A stretch of 64,000 nucleotides of DNA from Candidatus Gastranaerophilales bacterium. Its GTDB lineage: Bacteria; Cyanobacteriota; Vampirovibrionia; Gastranaerophilales; Gastranaerophilaceae. How positions within the stretch are numbered: position 1 is the first letter of the stretch; each line of letters begins with the position of its first letter. The stretch covers positions 9,883 through 73,882 of the forward strand of contig JAWXUD010000003.1 of NCBI GenBank assembly GCA_044432945.1, read 5' to 3'. Below the pieces are notes generated by a model, which was not told where the DNA came from, did no database searches, and saw only the letters and a program-made list of their open reading frames with translations. The translations under genes and the position numbers were made by a program. This document shows positions 19,367-28,009 of this stretch, piece after piece.

Positions 19367-21943
19367 TTGGGAATAGGGAACATGGAAAATATATTGGATA
19401 ATCTTAATGATCAGCAATGTGAGGCTGTCAAAACAGTAAAAGGACCACTTTTAATCCTTGCAGGAGCTGGCAGTGGAAAAACTAAACTCTTAACATCTCG
19501 TATAGCGTATTTGATAAAAAATCGGGTTAGACCACGTGATATTTTGGCTGTCACGTTTACCAATAAGGCTGCAAAAGAGATGAAAGCTAGATTGGGAACT
19601 ATTCTAGGCGAAGATACCGTCAAATATATGTGGGTCGGGACGTTTCACGGACTTTGCGGTAGAATGCTTCGTGAAAATATTGAAACTTATAGCTTTCAAT
19701 CAGGGAAAAAACTTGATAAAAACTTTTCCATTTATGACGAGTCTGATTCTATTGCTGTTATAAAACAGGCTATTAAAAAGCTTAACCTTGATGATAAAAT
19801 TTATGTTCCAAAGCTTGTGAAATCGGTTATTTCTAATGCAAAAAATAAAATGCAAGATGCTTATACTTTTGCGACTTTTGCAAGAGATTTTAAATCACAA
19901 AAAATTGCTCAGATATTCGAGTTATATGAAAACGGTTTGAATAATAATAATGCGATAGATTTTGACGATATGCTTATGTTGACAGTTAAAATGTTGGAGC
20001 AAAGCGATGAGGTTAGAGAATTTTATTACAATCGCTTCCAACATGTCATGGTCGATGAGTTTCAGGATACTAACACTGCACAGTATAATCTTGTGAACAT
20101 GCTCTATACTGGTTTGCACAAGCAAATCCCTGAAAGTCGCTCGTTGTGTGTTGTTGGTGATGTTGACCAATCTATTTATAGTTGGCGTGGGGCTGATTAT
20201 ACTATAATTTTAAACTTTCAAAAAGATTTTAAGAATACAAAATTGATTAAACTTGAGCAAAATTATCGCTCAACGGCAAATATTTTAAATACAGCTAACG
20301 CTATTATTGAAAATAACACAGAGCGTGTTGATAAAGTTTTGTATTCAAATAAGGGCGAGGGTGAGCTTATTGACTATTTTGAGGCTCAAGATGATTCTGA
20401 TGAGGCTAATTATATCGCTAGTAAAATTAAGCAAAATTCTAGTGGTGACTATAATCGTTATGCAATTTTGTATCGTACAAATTCTCAATCAAGAGCGTTG
20501 GAAGAAGCTTGTATGGCTGCGGGTTTGCCATATAGGATTTATGGTGGGTTAAAGTTCTATGATAGAAAAGAAATTAAAGATATTATCGCTTATTTGAAGT
20601 TGATTTATAACCCTGATGATTCTCAAAGTTTCCGTAGAGTTGTAAATGTTCCAAAGCGTGCAATTGGTGATACTACTATAAAAAACTTGCAGGCGTTCGC
20701 TGATAGTGAAGATGTCAGCTTGTTTCAGGCTTGTCAAAGGGTTCAAGAAACAGATACAATTACTGCGAAAACTCGTACAAAATTATCAGATTTTGCTGAG
20801 TTGATATTAAAGATAAAAAATTCTGAAAAAAATTATAATCTTCATGAATTTGTAACTTTGGTTATAGAAAAAACAGGGTATTTGGCTGAATTGAAAAATC
20901 AAAACACGCCTGAGGCTGATGCTGATATTGAAAACTTACAAGAACTTGTAAACGTTGCGAGTGAGTTTGAGGCAGAAGATGCGAATAATATTTTAGGTGA
21001 GTTTTTACAGCAAGTGGCGTTGGTTTCTGATATCGATGGTATGGAAAATATTTCTAATAACGTAACTTTAATGACTTTGCACTCTGCAAAGGGTCTAGAG
21101 TTTTCAGAAGTATTTTTGGCTGGTTGTGATGATGGAGTTTTTCCGCATCAAAGAACATTTAACAATATGAAAGAAATGGAAGAAGAACGCCGTTTGATGT
21201 ATGTTGGGGTCACTAGAGCCGAAGAAAAATTGTATATAACAAGTGCAAAACGCAGACAAATGTGGGGCGAGTATAAATATTATAATCCATCAAGATTTTT
21301 AGAAGAAATCCCGCCACAATTGTTGAGTAAAACGTGTTTTGAAGGAAGCACATCTTCATCTTCAACCTTTAGAAGTGCTGTGTCTAAGGCAAAAACTGGC
21401 AAGTCAGATTTTTCATATTCATCAGCTCAAGCGGATAGTAGTGGTTATATTAAACCATCATCAGGATTTGGTAAGGGCTTTGTTGCACCGCAACGTGGGT
21501 TGGCTAGTGGGAAAGCTCCTGCTCAGCGTGAAAGCGTTAACCAGAATTCATATAATAGTAAAACAAATAGCAATCGTTATTCTCAGCCTCAACGTACGCC
21601 ATCACGTACCATTTTGACAAAGTCTAAGGTTAATCAGGAGAAAGACAAAGAAAAAGTTGCTGAATTTTTTAAAGATAATGCTATTAAAAGAATGTTAGAG
21701 GAACAAAGAAAAGTTCAACGTGAGCAACTATTGCAAGAAGAACAAAAAGCAAAACAATTAGAAGAAATTAAATCGGTCGAATATGTTTTTAATGAAGGTG
21801 AGAGGATTTTTCATGAAAAATTAGGCGTTGGGCATATTCAAGAAGTTACTCAAATAGGCGAGAGCATGATGTATACAATTGATTTCGGTAAACAGGGTGT
21901 CAAGGCAATGGACGCAGCTTATGCAAAGTTGAAGAAATTTTAA
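19367..21943 (+). CDS. pcrA: UvrD/PcrA-type ATP-dependent DNA helicase with a long polar linker and C-terminal Tudor-like domain
   Basis: Walker A AGAGSGKT, DEFQDT, VGDVDQSIYSWRGA, QNYRST, TLHSAKGLEF, VGVTRAE. The likely true start is the ATG at 19382 (SD agggaa). C-terminal GERIFHEKLGVGHIQEV. Confidence 0.9.
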   Translation: MGIGNMENILDNLNDQQCEAVKTVKGPLLILAGAGSGKTKLLTSRIAYLIKNRVRPRDILAVTFTNKAAKEMKARLGTILGEDTVKYMWVGTFHGLCGRMLRENIETYSFQSGKKLDKNFSIYDESDSIAVIKQAIKKLNLDDKIYVPKLVKSVISNAKNKMQDAYTFATFARDFKSQKIAQIFELYENGLNNNNAIDFDDMLMLTVKMLEQSDEVREFYYNRFQHVMVDEFQDTNTAQYNLVNMLYTGLHKQIPESRSLCVVGDVDQSIYSWRGADYTIILNFQKDFKNTKLIKLEQNYRSTANILNTANAIIENNTERVDKVLYSNKGEGELIDYFEAQDDSDEANYIASKIKQNSSGDYNRYAILYRTNSQSRALEEACMAAGLPYRIYGGLKFYDRKEIKDIIAYLKLIYNPDDSQSFRRVVNVPKRAIGDTTIKNLQAFADSEDVSLFQACQRVQETDTITAKTRTKLSDFAELILKIKNSEKNYNLHEFVTLVIEKTGYLAELKNQNTPEADADIENLQELVNVASEFEAEDANNILGEFLQQVALVSDIDGMENISNNVTLMTLHSAKGLEFSEVFLAGCDDGVFPHQRTFNNMKEMEEERRLMYVGVTRAEEKLYITSAKRRQMWGEYKYYNPSRFLEEIPPQLLSKTCFEGSTSSSSTFRSAVSKAKTGKSDFSYSSAQADSSGYIKPSSGFGKGFVAPQRGLASGKAPAQRESVNQNSYNSKTNSNRYSQPQRTPSRTILTKSKVNQEKDKEKVAEFFKDNAIKRMLEEQRKVQREQLLQEEQKAKQLEEIKSVEYVFNEGERIFHEKLGVGHIQEVTQIGESMMYTIDFGKQGVKAMDAAYAKLKKF

Positions 21944-22285
21944 TTAGAACTTCTCATAACCTTCGTTAAGGTTTATTGCATCATTAATATGCTCAAATTT
22001 TTCTGTTTTTAACGCACGCAATTCTGATTGTATTATATGAATTTCTTCTACAATTGTGGGGTTTGTTGATTGCGATTTTTGTTTTTTTAATAATTTTTTT
22101 AGTTTATTTGTAGCACTTTGAATTTTCTTATCAAAAGTGTCAGCTTGGCTACGAACGTTTCTTATAGTTTTGTAAGTTTTGGATAAATCGCCTGCATTGC
22201 GTTTGTAACCACTAAATTGTGGTAAAGAGTTATTCTTTTGATAATTTGTATTTGAATTCACTAAATTTATTGGTGCGATAAACAT
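21944..22285 (-). CDS. Hypothetical 113-aa protein with Asn-rich N-terminus
   Basis: MFIAPINLVNSNTNYQKNNSLPQFSGYK, then a Lys-rich helical part. Its stop codon abuts the pcrA stop. Confidence 0.4.
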   Translation of the reverse strand: MFIAPINLVNSNTNYQKNNSLPQFSGYKRNAGDLSKTYKTIRNVRSQADTFDKKIQSATNKLKKLLKKQKSQSTNPTIVEEIHIIQSELRALKTEKFEHINDAINLNEGYEKF

Positions 22286-22288
22286 AAA

Positions 22289-22322
22289 TTAATCCTTATA
22301 TGAAATTTTATATAAGGATTAA
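22289..22322 (-). terminator. Perfect 13-bp hairpin after nadE that also contains the SD of the next ORF
   Basis: ttaatccttatat / atataaggattaa with an 8-nt loop. On the minus-strand RNA the 3' arm AUAUAAGGAUUAA is followed by UUU AUG of the 113-aa ORF. Confidence 0.5.
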
Positions 22323-22359
22323 AGTTTGAAAAATTATTTTTTTGCTATTTAGTCAAAAT

Positions 22360-23787
22360 TTAATAAAATCTTTGAGAAATAGGTAGATTTACGCCATTAC
22401 AGAATGAGCGTTCTGTAAGTCTAACGCCCAAGCAAGCTTGTTTGCGTTTGAATTGGAAACGGTATAATTTTTTGATAGTATCTTCAGTTAGTGCTTGACC
22501 ATATTTTTTTGTAATTTCTTCTATCGAACAATTTTGTTCGATATACATTTCTATGATATCATCTAATATTTCATAGGCTGGCAATCTATCTTGATCTTTT
22601 TGTCCAGGGTGAAGCTCTGCAGATGGGGCTTTATCGATAGAGTTTTGAGGGATAATTTCTCCATCTTTGTTTAAATAATTGGCAAGACTATAGACTTTTG
22701 TTTTTGTTAGATCACAGATCAAATTAAACCCGCCACATAAATCTCCATAAAGTGTTCCAAATCCCATTGCGACTTCTGATTTGTTCCCAGTAGATAAAAG
22801 TAAAGAATTATCACGGTTCGAGAAATACATCAAAATCAATCCACGCAAGCGTGCTTGAAGATTTTCCTCAGCTAATGTTGTTGTGCTAACTTCATCAGGT
22901 GATGTGTGTGCAACTTTGTCCATAAAGTTTTTAAACAGTGGAGTTATAGGGTGTTTTTCTGTTCTCATACCTGAATTTTGTGCTAGTTGAAGAGCGTCTG
23001 TTATGCTACCTTCAGATGAGAACATGCTTGGCATTAAAATCCCTAGCACGTTTTCAGCACCAAGTGCTTTGACGGCTAATGCCGCTGTTAAAGCACTATC
23101 AATCCCGCCTGATAGTCCTAAAACAACTTTTTTGAACCCACTGTTTTCACAATATTCTTTTAGCGAAAAAGTGATAACTTTTAATAATTGTTCTTCTTTA
23201 ACAAGTTCGCTTAATTCTATTTTAGAATTAAAATCAATTAATTGAACATCTTCTTCACAAATTGTCATTTGCATAACAAGTTCGTTTTCTTTGGTTTTAG
23301 CGAAGCTTCCGCCAGCAAAAACATTTTCATCAGCGATGCCTAAAGCGTTTACATAAACAAAGTCGTTACAAGAATTGATGCTTTCAACAAAGTTGCTATA
23401 TGAATTCATTGTATAATATTGGTTTTTTGCTAATACAAATAAATCACAGATTATGTCATCACGATAGGTGTCTGAAACGAATATTTTTTCGCCGTTTAAT
23501 TCAAAAAAACCGTCTTCAGAAATCAAGACTTCACCGTTACTAATCAGTATTTCGCCAATTAAAATCGATTTAGTAAAATTCCTATCAGCAATTCTTTGAT
23601 AAAAAGCGTCTTGTTTTAGACAGCATGATTCGTCTAAAATCAAGTCTTTTGCTCCAGTATCTGTCAAATCGTATTCTGAAAAAATCATTAAGTCACAATC
23701 TATGTTTTCTATTTTATTAACAATGCTCTTATAATTAAATTCAAAATCTGCTGTTTTAAATCTTGTTTGTGCTACAGCTATTTTCAT
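22360..23787 (-). CDS. nadE: NAD+ synthetase with a shortened N-terminal CN-hydrolase-like domain
   Basis: PP-loop GLSGGIDSA, NKSEVAMGFGTLYGD. About 190 aa N-terminal extension starting MKIAVAQ...LMIFSEY. Confidence 0.85.
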   Translation of the reverse strand: MKIAVAQTRFKTADFEFNYKSIVNKIENIDCDLMIFSEYDLTDTGAKDLILDESCCLKQDAFYQRIADRNFTKSILIGEILISNGEVLISEDGFFELNGEKIFVSDTYRDDIICDLFVLAKNQYYTMNSYSNFVESINSCNDFVYVNALGIADENVFAGGSFAKTKENELVMQMTICEEDVQLIDFNSKIELSELVKEEQLLKVITFSLKEYCENSGFKKVVLGLSGGIDSALTAALAVKALGAENVLGILMPSMFSSEGSITDALQLAQNSGMRTEKHPITPLFKNFMDKVAHTSPDEVSTTTLAEENLQARLRGLILMYFSNRDNSLLLSTGNKSEVAMGFGTLYGDLCGGFNLICDLTKTKVYSLANYLNKDGEIIPQNSIDKAPSAELHPGQKDQDRLPAYEILDDIIEMYIEQNCSIEEITKKYGQALTEDTIKKLYRFQFKRKQACLGVRLTERSFCNGVNLPISQRFY

Positions 23788-23800
23788 TTTTATTCTCCTA

Positions 23801-24655
23801 TTATTCTAGTTTTAAATAATTTACTTTTTCCCAACTCAAATCTAAATATTTAATTTTTGATTTAATGGATTTTAGTTCTGGTAAAATTGAAGGTATTCTT
23901 TTTATTCTTTCAAAAAGCGTATTATCCATTTTACCAACCTTGATTAATATCGAATTTATTTTAACATAAACATCGTCAGGATTTCTAAAATCTATATATT
24001 TGATGCTTTCTTTAGAATAAGTTTCGATATGGCGTGCTAATTTTTGTATTAATTCGATTTTATCTAAGTCCCATTTGTGATAATCATCATTTTTCTTATC
24101 ATTTGCTAATACTAATATCGTTTTTTTATCAGGGCTTAGTGGTAAATATTCTTTATCAATCAAACTTCCATCAGATGTAAAAAACGCAACTGGTGAAGTA
24201 TTAAAAGCTGTTGATATTGTTATAACAGGAACTTTTTCTATAAATATAAATTCTAATCTTGCAGGCAGGACATATCTTCTGATATAGACAGTTTCTACTG
24301 GTGCTAGTTGCAAAAATTCTTTTTTAATATAATCAGTTTTAGCGAAAAAAAGCGGTTCTGTCGGTGATTCTAATTTGTTTAAAATATCTGTAATTTTTTT
24401 ATTAGAAACAATTTTGTTGTTAATAATTTCATAATTCCCATCGGTTTTTTTCAAAGTATCTGTTTCTAAGTACCAACCATTGTAGTTTTTAATTTCTAAA
24501 ACTCCCCATAATATTAAAATACTTATTAAAAATCTAACAAAAAATTTCAACCGCCATTGGCTTAAACGTCCTTTGCGAACGAAGCGTTCACGAAGTTTGC
24601 GTTTGAGATAGCGATTTTCTATTTTAATTTGTTCATCTGGATTTATTTCTGTCAT
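23801..24655 (-). CDS. ftsQ: FtsQ/DivIB-like cell division protein
   Basis: Basic N-tail, one TM helix (FLISILILWGVL), then a POTRA-like region. Lies immediately after ddl in the mur block. Confidence 0.6.
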   Translation of the reverse strand: MTEINPDEQIKIENRYLKRKLRERFVRKGRLSQWRLKFFVRFLISILILWGVLEIKNYNGWYLETDTLKKTDGNYEIINNKIVSNKKITDILNKLESPTEPLFFAKTDYIKKEFLQLAPVETVYIRRYVLPARLEFIFIEKVPVITISTAFNTSPVAFFTSDGSLIDKEYLPLSPDKKTILVLANDKKNDDYHKWDLDKIELIQKLARHIETYSKESIKYIDFRNPDDVYVKINSILIKVGKMDNTLFERIKRIPSILPELKSIKSKIKYLDLSWEKVNYLKLE

Positions 24656-25606
24656 TTATTTATTCAAATCTACGCTGTTTAAAATTAATAATACTAATTC
24701 TTCATAACTTATTCCCATTGCTTCTGCTTGAGCTGGAAGATCACTGGTTTCTGTCATGCCTGGGCTTGTGTTTATTTCTAATACATAAGGGATATTGTCA
24801 ACGATTAAAAAGTCAACCCTTGAAACTCCACTGCAACCAGCAAGTTTGTGTGAATTAACTGCGATTTGTTTTACTTGTTTAGTTAAATCGTCAGAGATTT
24901 CTGCAGGTAAAATAAATTCAGTCATACCTTTTGTATATTTTGCTTCATAGTCGTACCATTCATTTTTTGGTCTAAGTTCTAAGATTTCTGTTGCAAAAGC
25001 TTCGCCGTTACACTCTAGTACGCCGACTGTCGCACAAATTCCAACTAAATATTCTTCGATTAATACATCATCATTATATTTTGTTGCTTCTTCATATGCC
25101 GATTGAAGTTCTTCGATAGTGTTAACTTTCATCATACCAAAGCTCGAACCTTCGCTTACTGGTTTTGTTATTAGCGGGAATTTTAATCCTGCAACTTTTT
25201 CTTTGAGGTTCTCACCTTTTCTTATGAAAACAGACTTAATTAATGGTATTTCAGAGCAGGTTGATAGAACTTTTTTAGTATATTCTTTGTTCATGCAGAT
25301 TGCACTCGCCATTACTCCACAACCGCTATATGGTATTTTTAACAGCTCTAAAAGCCCTTGAATGCAACCATCTTCACCATATTTGCCGTGTAGTGCGTTG
25401 TATGCATAATCAAAATCGCCATCTTTTAAAACTTGTGCAATATTTGCATCAACAACTATTTTTTTTGAGTTCACAAATCCTAATTTTTTCATCGCTTCAA
25501 AGCAACCATTACCAGAACGCATCGAAACTTCTGCTTCGCTAGACATTCCGCCACATAAAACTGCTATTTTTGCATTTTTGTCAATTATTGATATAATATT
25601 TTGCAT
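24656..25606 (-). CDS. ddl: D-alanine--D-alanine ligase
   Basis: ALHGKYGEDG, KPVSEGSSFG, VDFLI...YVLEINTSPGMT. Confidence 0.9.
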   Translation of the reverse strand: MQNIISIIDKNAKIAVLCGGMSSEAEVSMRSGNGCFEAMKKLGFVNSKKIVVDANIAQVLKDGDFDYAYNALHGKYGEDGCIQGLLELLKIPYSGCGVMASAICMNKEYTKKVLSTCSEIPLIKSVFIRKGENLKEKVAGLKFPLITKPVSEGSSFGMMKVNTIEELQSAYEEATKYNDDVLIEEYLVGICATVGVLECNGEAFATEILELRPKNEWYDYEAKYTKGMTEFILPAEISDDLTKQVKQIAVNSHKLAGCSGVSRVDFLIVDNIPYVLEINTSPGMTETSDLPAQAEAMGISYEELVLLILNSVDLNK

Positions 25607-26490
25607 ATTTCAATCTCTCTTTCATTATTTCCGCCCAAAAAACGAATTTCTGGTTCTAATTCGATATCAAATTTTTCTTTTACAGCTTCATACATTTTTA
25701 GCATAAGTTCTAGGACATCTAGCGAGGTTGCATTATCGCTGTTTACGATAAAGTTAGCGTGATTTTCCCAGACTTTTGCACCATTCATCTTAGAGCCTTT
25801 CATGTTGCATTCATCAAGAAGTTTGCCTGCTGAGTTGTTTTTAGGGTTTTTAAATATGCTACCAGCGTTGCCTAATGTCATCATTGGTTGATGTCTTTTC
25901 CTGAACTCTAAAAACTCATTCATTGTTGATTGAATTTTTTCACTTGATTTTTTTTCTAATAAGAATTCTGCATTTAATACTAATAATGATTTTTGATGAC
26001 AAATAGATTTTCTGTAATCAAATTCCATCTCTTCACGTGTCAGTCTGAAAAAACCTTCCTCAGCGTTAAGTAAAGTTGTTTCATCAATCACCTCAGAAAT
26101 CGCCTGCCCGTGTGCTGAAGCGTTCATACATACTGCCCCACCAATTGTTGAAGGAAACCCTATTAAAAATTCCAGCCCACTTAGTCCGTTTTCACAAGCC
26201 ACTTTTGCTAATTTAGGACCTTTCACCCCAGCACTAGCGATTATTCTATTGCCTTCAACCGTAATACTGTCCATTCTTGTTGTAGATATAACATCGCCGT
26301 CAAATCCAAATGAAGATACTAACACATTGGAAAAATTTCCAAAAACCGCTACACCTTTGGTATTTTCTAAAATCTCTACAAGTTCTAATTCGCATTTTGG
26401 AAAAAATACACGCTTAACCGTCCCACCTATTTTGAACGTGGTAATATTTTTTAATTCAAATTGTTCTCTACATTCAATCGTTTCAAACAT
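25585..26490 (-). CDS. murB: UDP-N-acetylenolpyruvoylglucosamine reductase
   Basis: TFKIGG, GNFSNVLV, GSIFKNP, ANFIVN. Overlaps ddl and murC. Confidence 0.9.
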   Translation of the reverse strand: MFETIECREQFELKNITTFKIGGTVKRVFFPKCELELVEILENTKGVAVFGNFSNVLVSSFGFDGDVISTTRMDSITVEGNRIIASAGVKGPKLAKVACENGLSGLEFLIGFPSTIGGAVCMNASAHGQAISEVIDETTLLNAEEGFFRLTREEMEFDYRKSICHQKSLLVLNAEFLLEKKSSEKIQSTMNEFLEFRKRHQPMMTLGNAGSIFKNPKNNSAGKLLDECNMKGSKMNGAKVWENHANFIVNSDNATSLDVLELMLKMYEAVKEKFDIELEPEIRFLGGNNEREIEICKILYQ

Positions 26491-27853
26491 TTAAAACCTC
26501 TTGACTTAATTTTAATAGTTCTTTTCCTAAATCTGTAATTGTGCCAGCACCCATACCTATTACAACATCATTTTTTTGTAATTTTGGTAAAAGTTTGCTT
26601 GCTAATTCTTTCATTTTGCCAGGAATATGAATTGTGTTAACCCCATTTTTTTCTAATTCTTTGGTGAAAGTTTCGGCATTTATTCCTTCGATCGGGTCTT
26701 CTGACGCTTCATAAATATCAGTGACGATTACTAAATCAGCCCCATCAAAACATGATAGGAACTCCTCCCAAAGCCCTTTTAAACGGGTATATCTGTGTGG
26801 TTGAAAAACCGCTACTATTCTGTTATCAACAAAGTTTTTCGCACTTGATAAAGTTGCCTTAATCTCTGTTGGGTGATGAGCATAATCGTCAATCAATATG
26901 ATATCATTGAATTTTCCCACTTTTTCAAATCTACGTCCCATGCCAGCAAAAGTCGTAAAATGTTCTTTGGTTGTGTGAATATCTATGCCAGCTTGATGAA
27001 TTGCTGTTAGTACAGAAAGTGCGTTATAAACGTTATGTTGACCTTTTAAGATTATTTTTAAATCAATTAAAAACTTGTTTTTATAATATACATCAAAACT
27101 CGTGTGTTCTTCATTATATTTAATATTTTTTGCAACATAATCAGCTTCTTTTAATCCAAAAGTTATGAGATTAGTTGCGTTTAATGTTTTGGCAACTTCG
27201 CAATCATTGTTTACTATCAAAATCCCGTTTTCGTCCATGTTAGAAATACATTTTTTAAAAGTTTTTAATATAGAATTCATTCCATCTTCAAAAAAGTCTA
27301 GATGATCAGCTTCGATATTGTTCACAACACAAATATTTGGTGCGTATTTGACGATTGTGCCATCGCTTTCATCGAGTTCTGCGACAAAATGTTTACCTTG
27401 TTGACATTTTGAATTGTAGCCAAGATCGCAGATCGTTCCACCGACAACATAAGATGGTAAATGTCCGCTTTTCTCAAGTATATATGAGCAAAACCCGCTG
27501 GTTGTGGTTTTGCCGTGCGTGCCAGAAAATCCGATAAAGTATTTTTCCCAAGATGAAATCTCTGCTAAAACGTCAGAGCGATGATAAATTTTTAACCCTA
27601 ATTCTTTAGCTCTAATTATTTCAGGGTTGCTCTCACGAATTGCAGTGCTAGCCACAACTATCGCATCAGAAGGTACGTTTTTTGCATCATGTCCTATCGA
27701 AATCGTTGCTCCTAAATCGTATAATTTCTCGATGTATTTGCTTTTTTCTAAATCTGAGCCTGAAACTTCGCAACCGTTTTCGAGTAAATATTTTGCTAAT
27801 CCACTCATTCCAACTCCACCGATTGCTATGAAATGATATTTTTTATTTTCCAA
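26483..27853 (-). CDS. murC: UDP-N-acetylmuramate--L-alanine ligase
   Basis: HFIAIGGVGMSGLA, GTHGKTTTS, DDYAHHPTEI. Confidence 0.9.
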   Translation of the reverse strand: MENKKYHFIAIGGVGMSGLAKYLLENGCEVSGSDLEKSKYIEKLYDLGATISIGHDAKNVPSDAIVVASTAIRESNPEIIRAKELGLKIYHRSDVLAEISSWEKYFIGFSGTHGKTTTSGFCSYILEKSGHLPSYVVGGTICDLGYNSKCQQGKHFVAELDESDGTIVKYAPNICVVNNIEADHLDFFEDGMNSILKTFKKCISNMDENGILIVNNDCEVAKTLNATNLITFGLKEADYVAKNIKYNEEHTSFDVYYKNKFLIDLKIILKGQHNVYNALSVLTAIHQAGIDIHTTKEHFTTFAGMGRRFEKVGKFNDIILIDDYAHHPTEIKATLSSAKNFVDNRIVAVFQPHRYTRLKGLWEEFLSCFDGADLVIVTDIYEASEDPIEGINAETFTKELEKNGVNTIHIPGKMKELASKLLPKLQKNDVVIGMGAGTITDLGKELLKLSQEVLNV

Positions 27854-28009
27854 TTTTTTAATCCCTAACTATCCAATTTTATTATTAAAATTATATTACA
27901 AAAAACATTATTCTGCGACATTGTAATTAATTCTTAACAAAATTTTTTATACAAAAAAGTGACTTTAAATTATCAGAAAATAATAATGCAAAGCCACTTT
28001 TATATTTTT

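Noticed and set aside
21330-21780. Long Ser/Gln/Lys-rich low-complexity segment in PcrA, considered as a possible fusion or frameshift.
   Set aside because: The reading frame is continuous and ends in a recognisable Tudor-like UvrD C-terminal domain. This is most simply a disordered linker. The overlapping +2 ORF 21339..21617 is a shadow.
23801-27853. The murC-murB-ddl-ftsQ block is followed by nadE instead of ftsA/ftsZ.
   Set aside because: Split dcw clusters are common. Nothing in the sequence suggests a rearrangement scar.
27854-28009. Possible terminator or T-box-like leader around leuS, and a possible riboswitch upstream of lysC, nadA or bioB.
   Set aside because: Only a weak 8-bp stem with a ~29-nt loop follows leuS. 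The leaders of leuS, gltX, lysC and bioB are too short (about 20-55 nt) or lack recognisable conserved riboswitch or T-box cores by eye.
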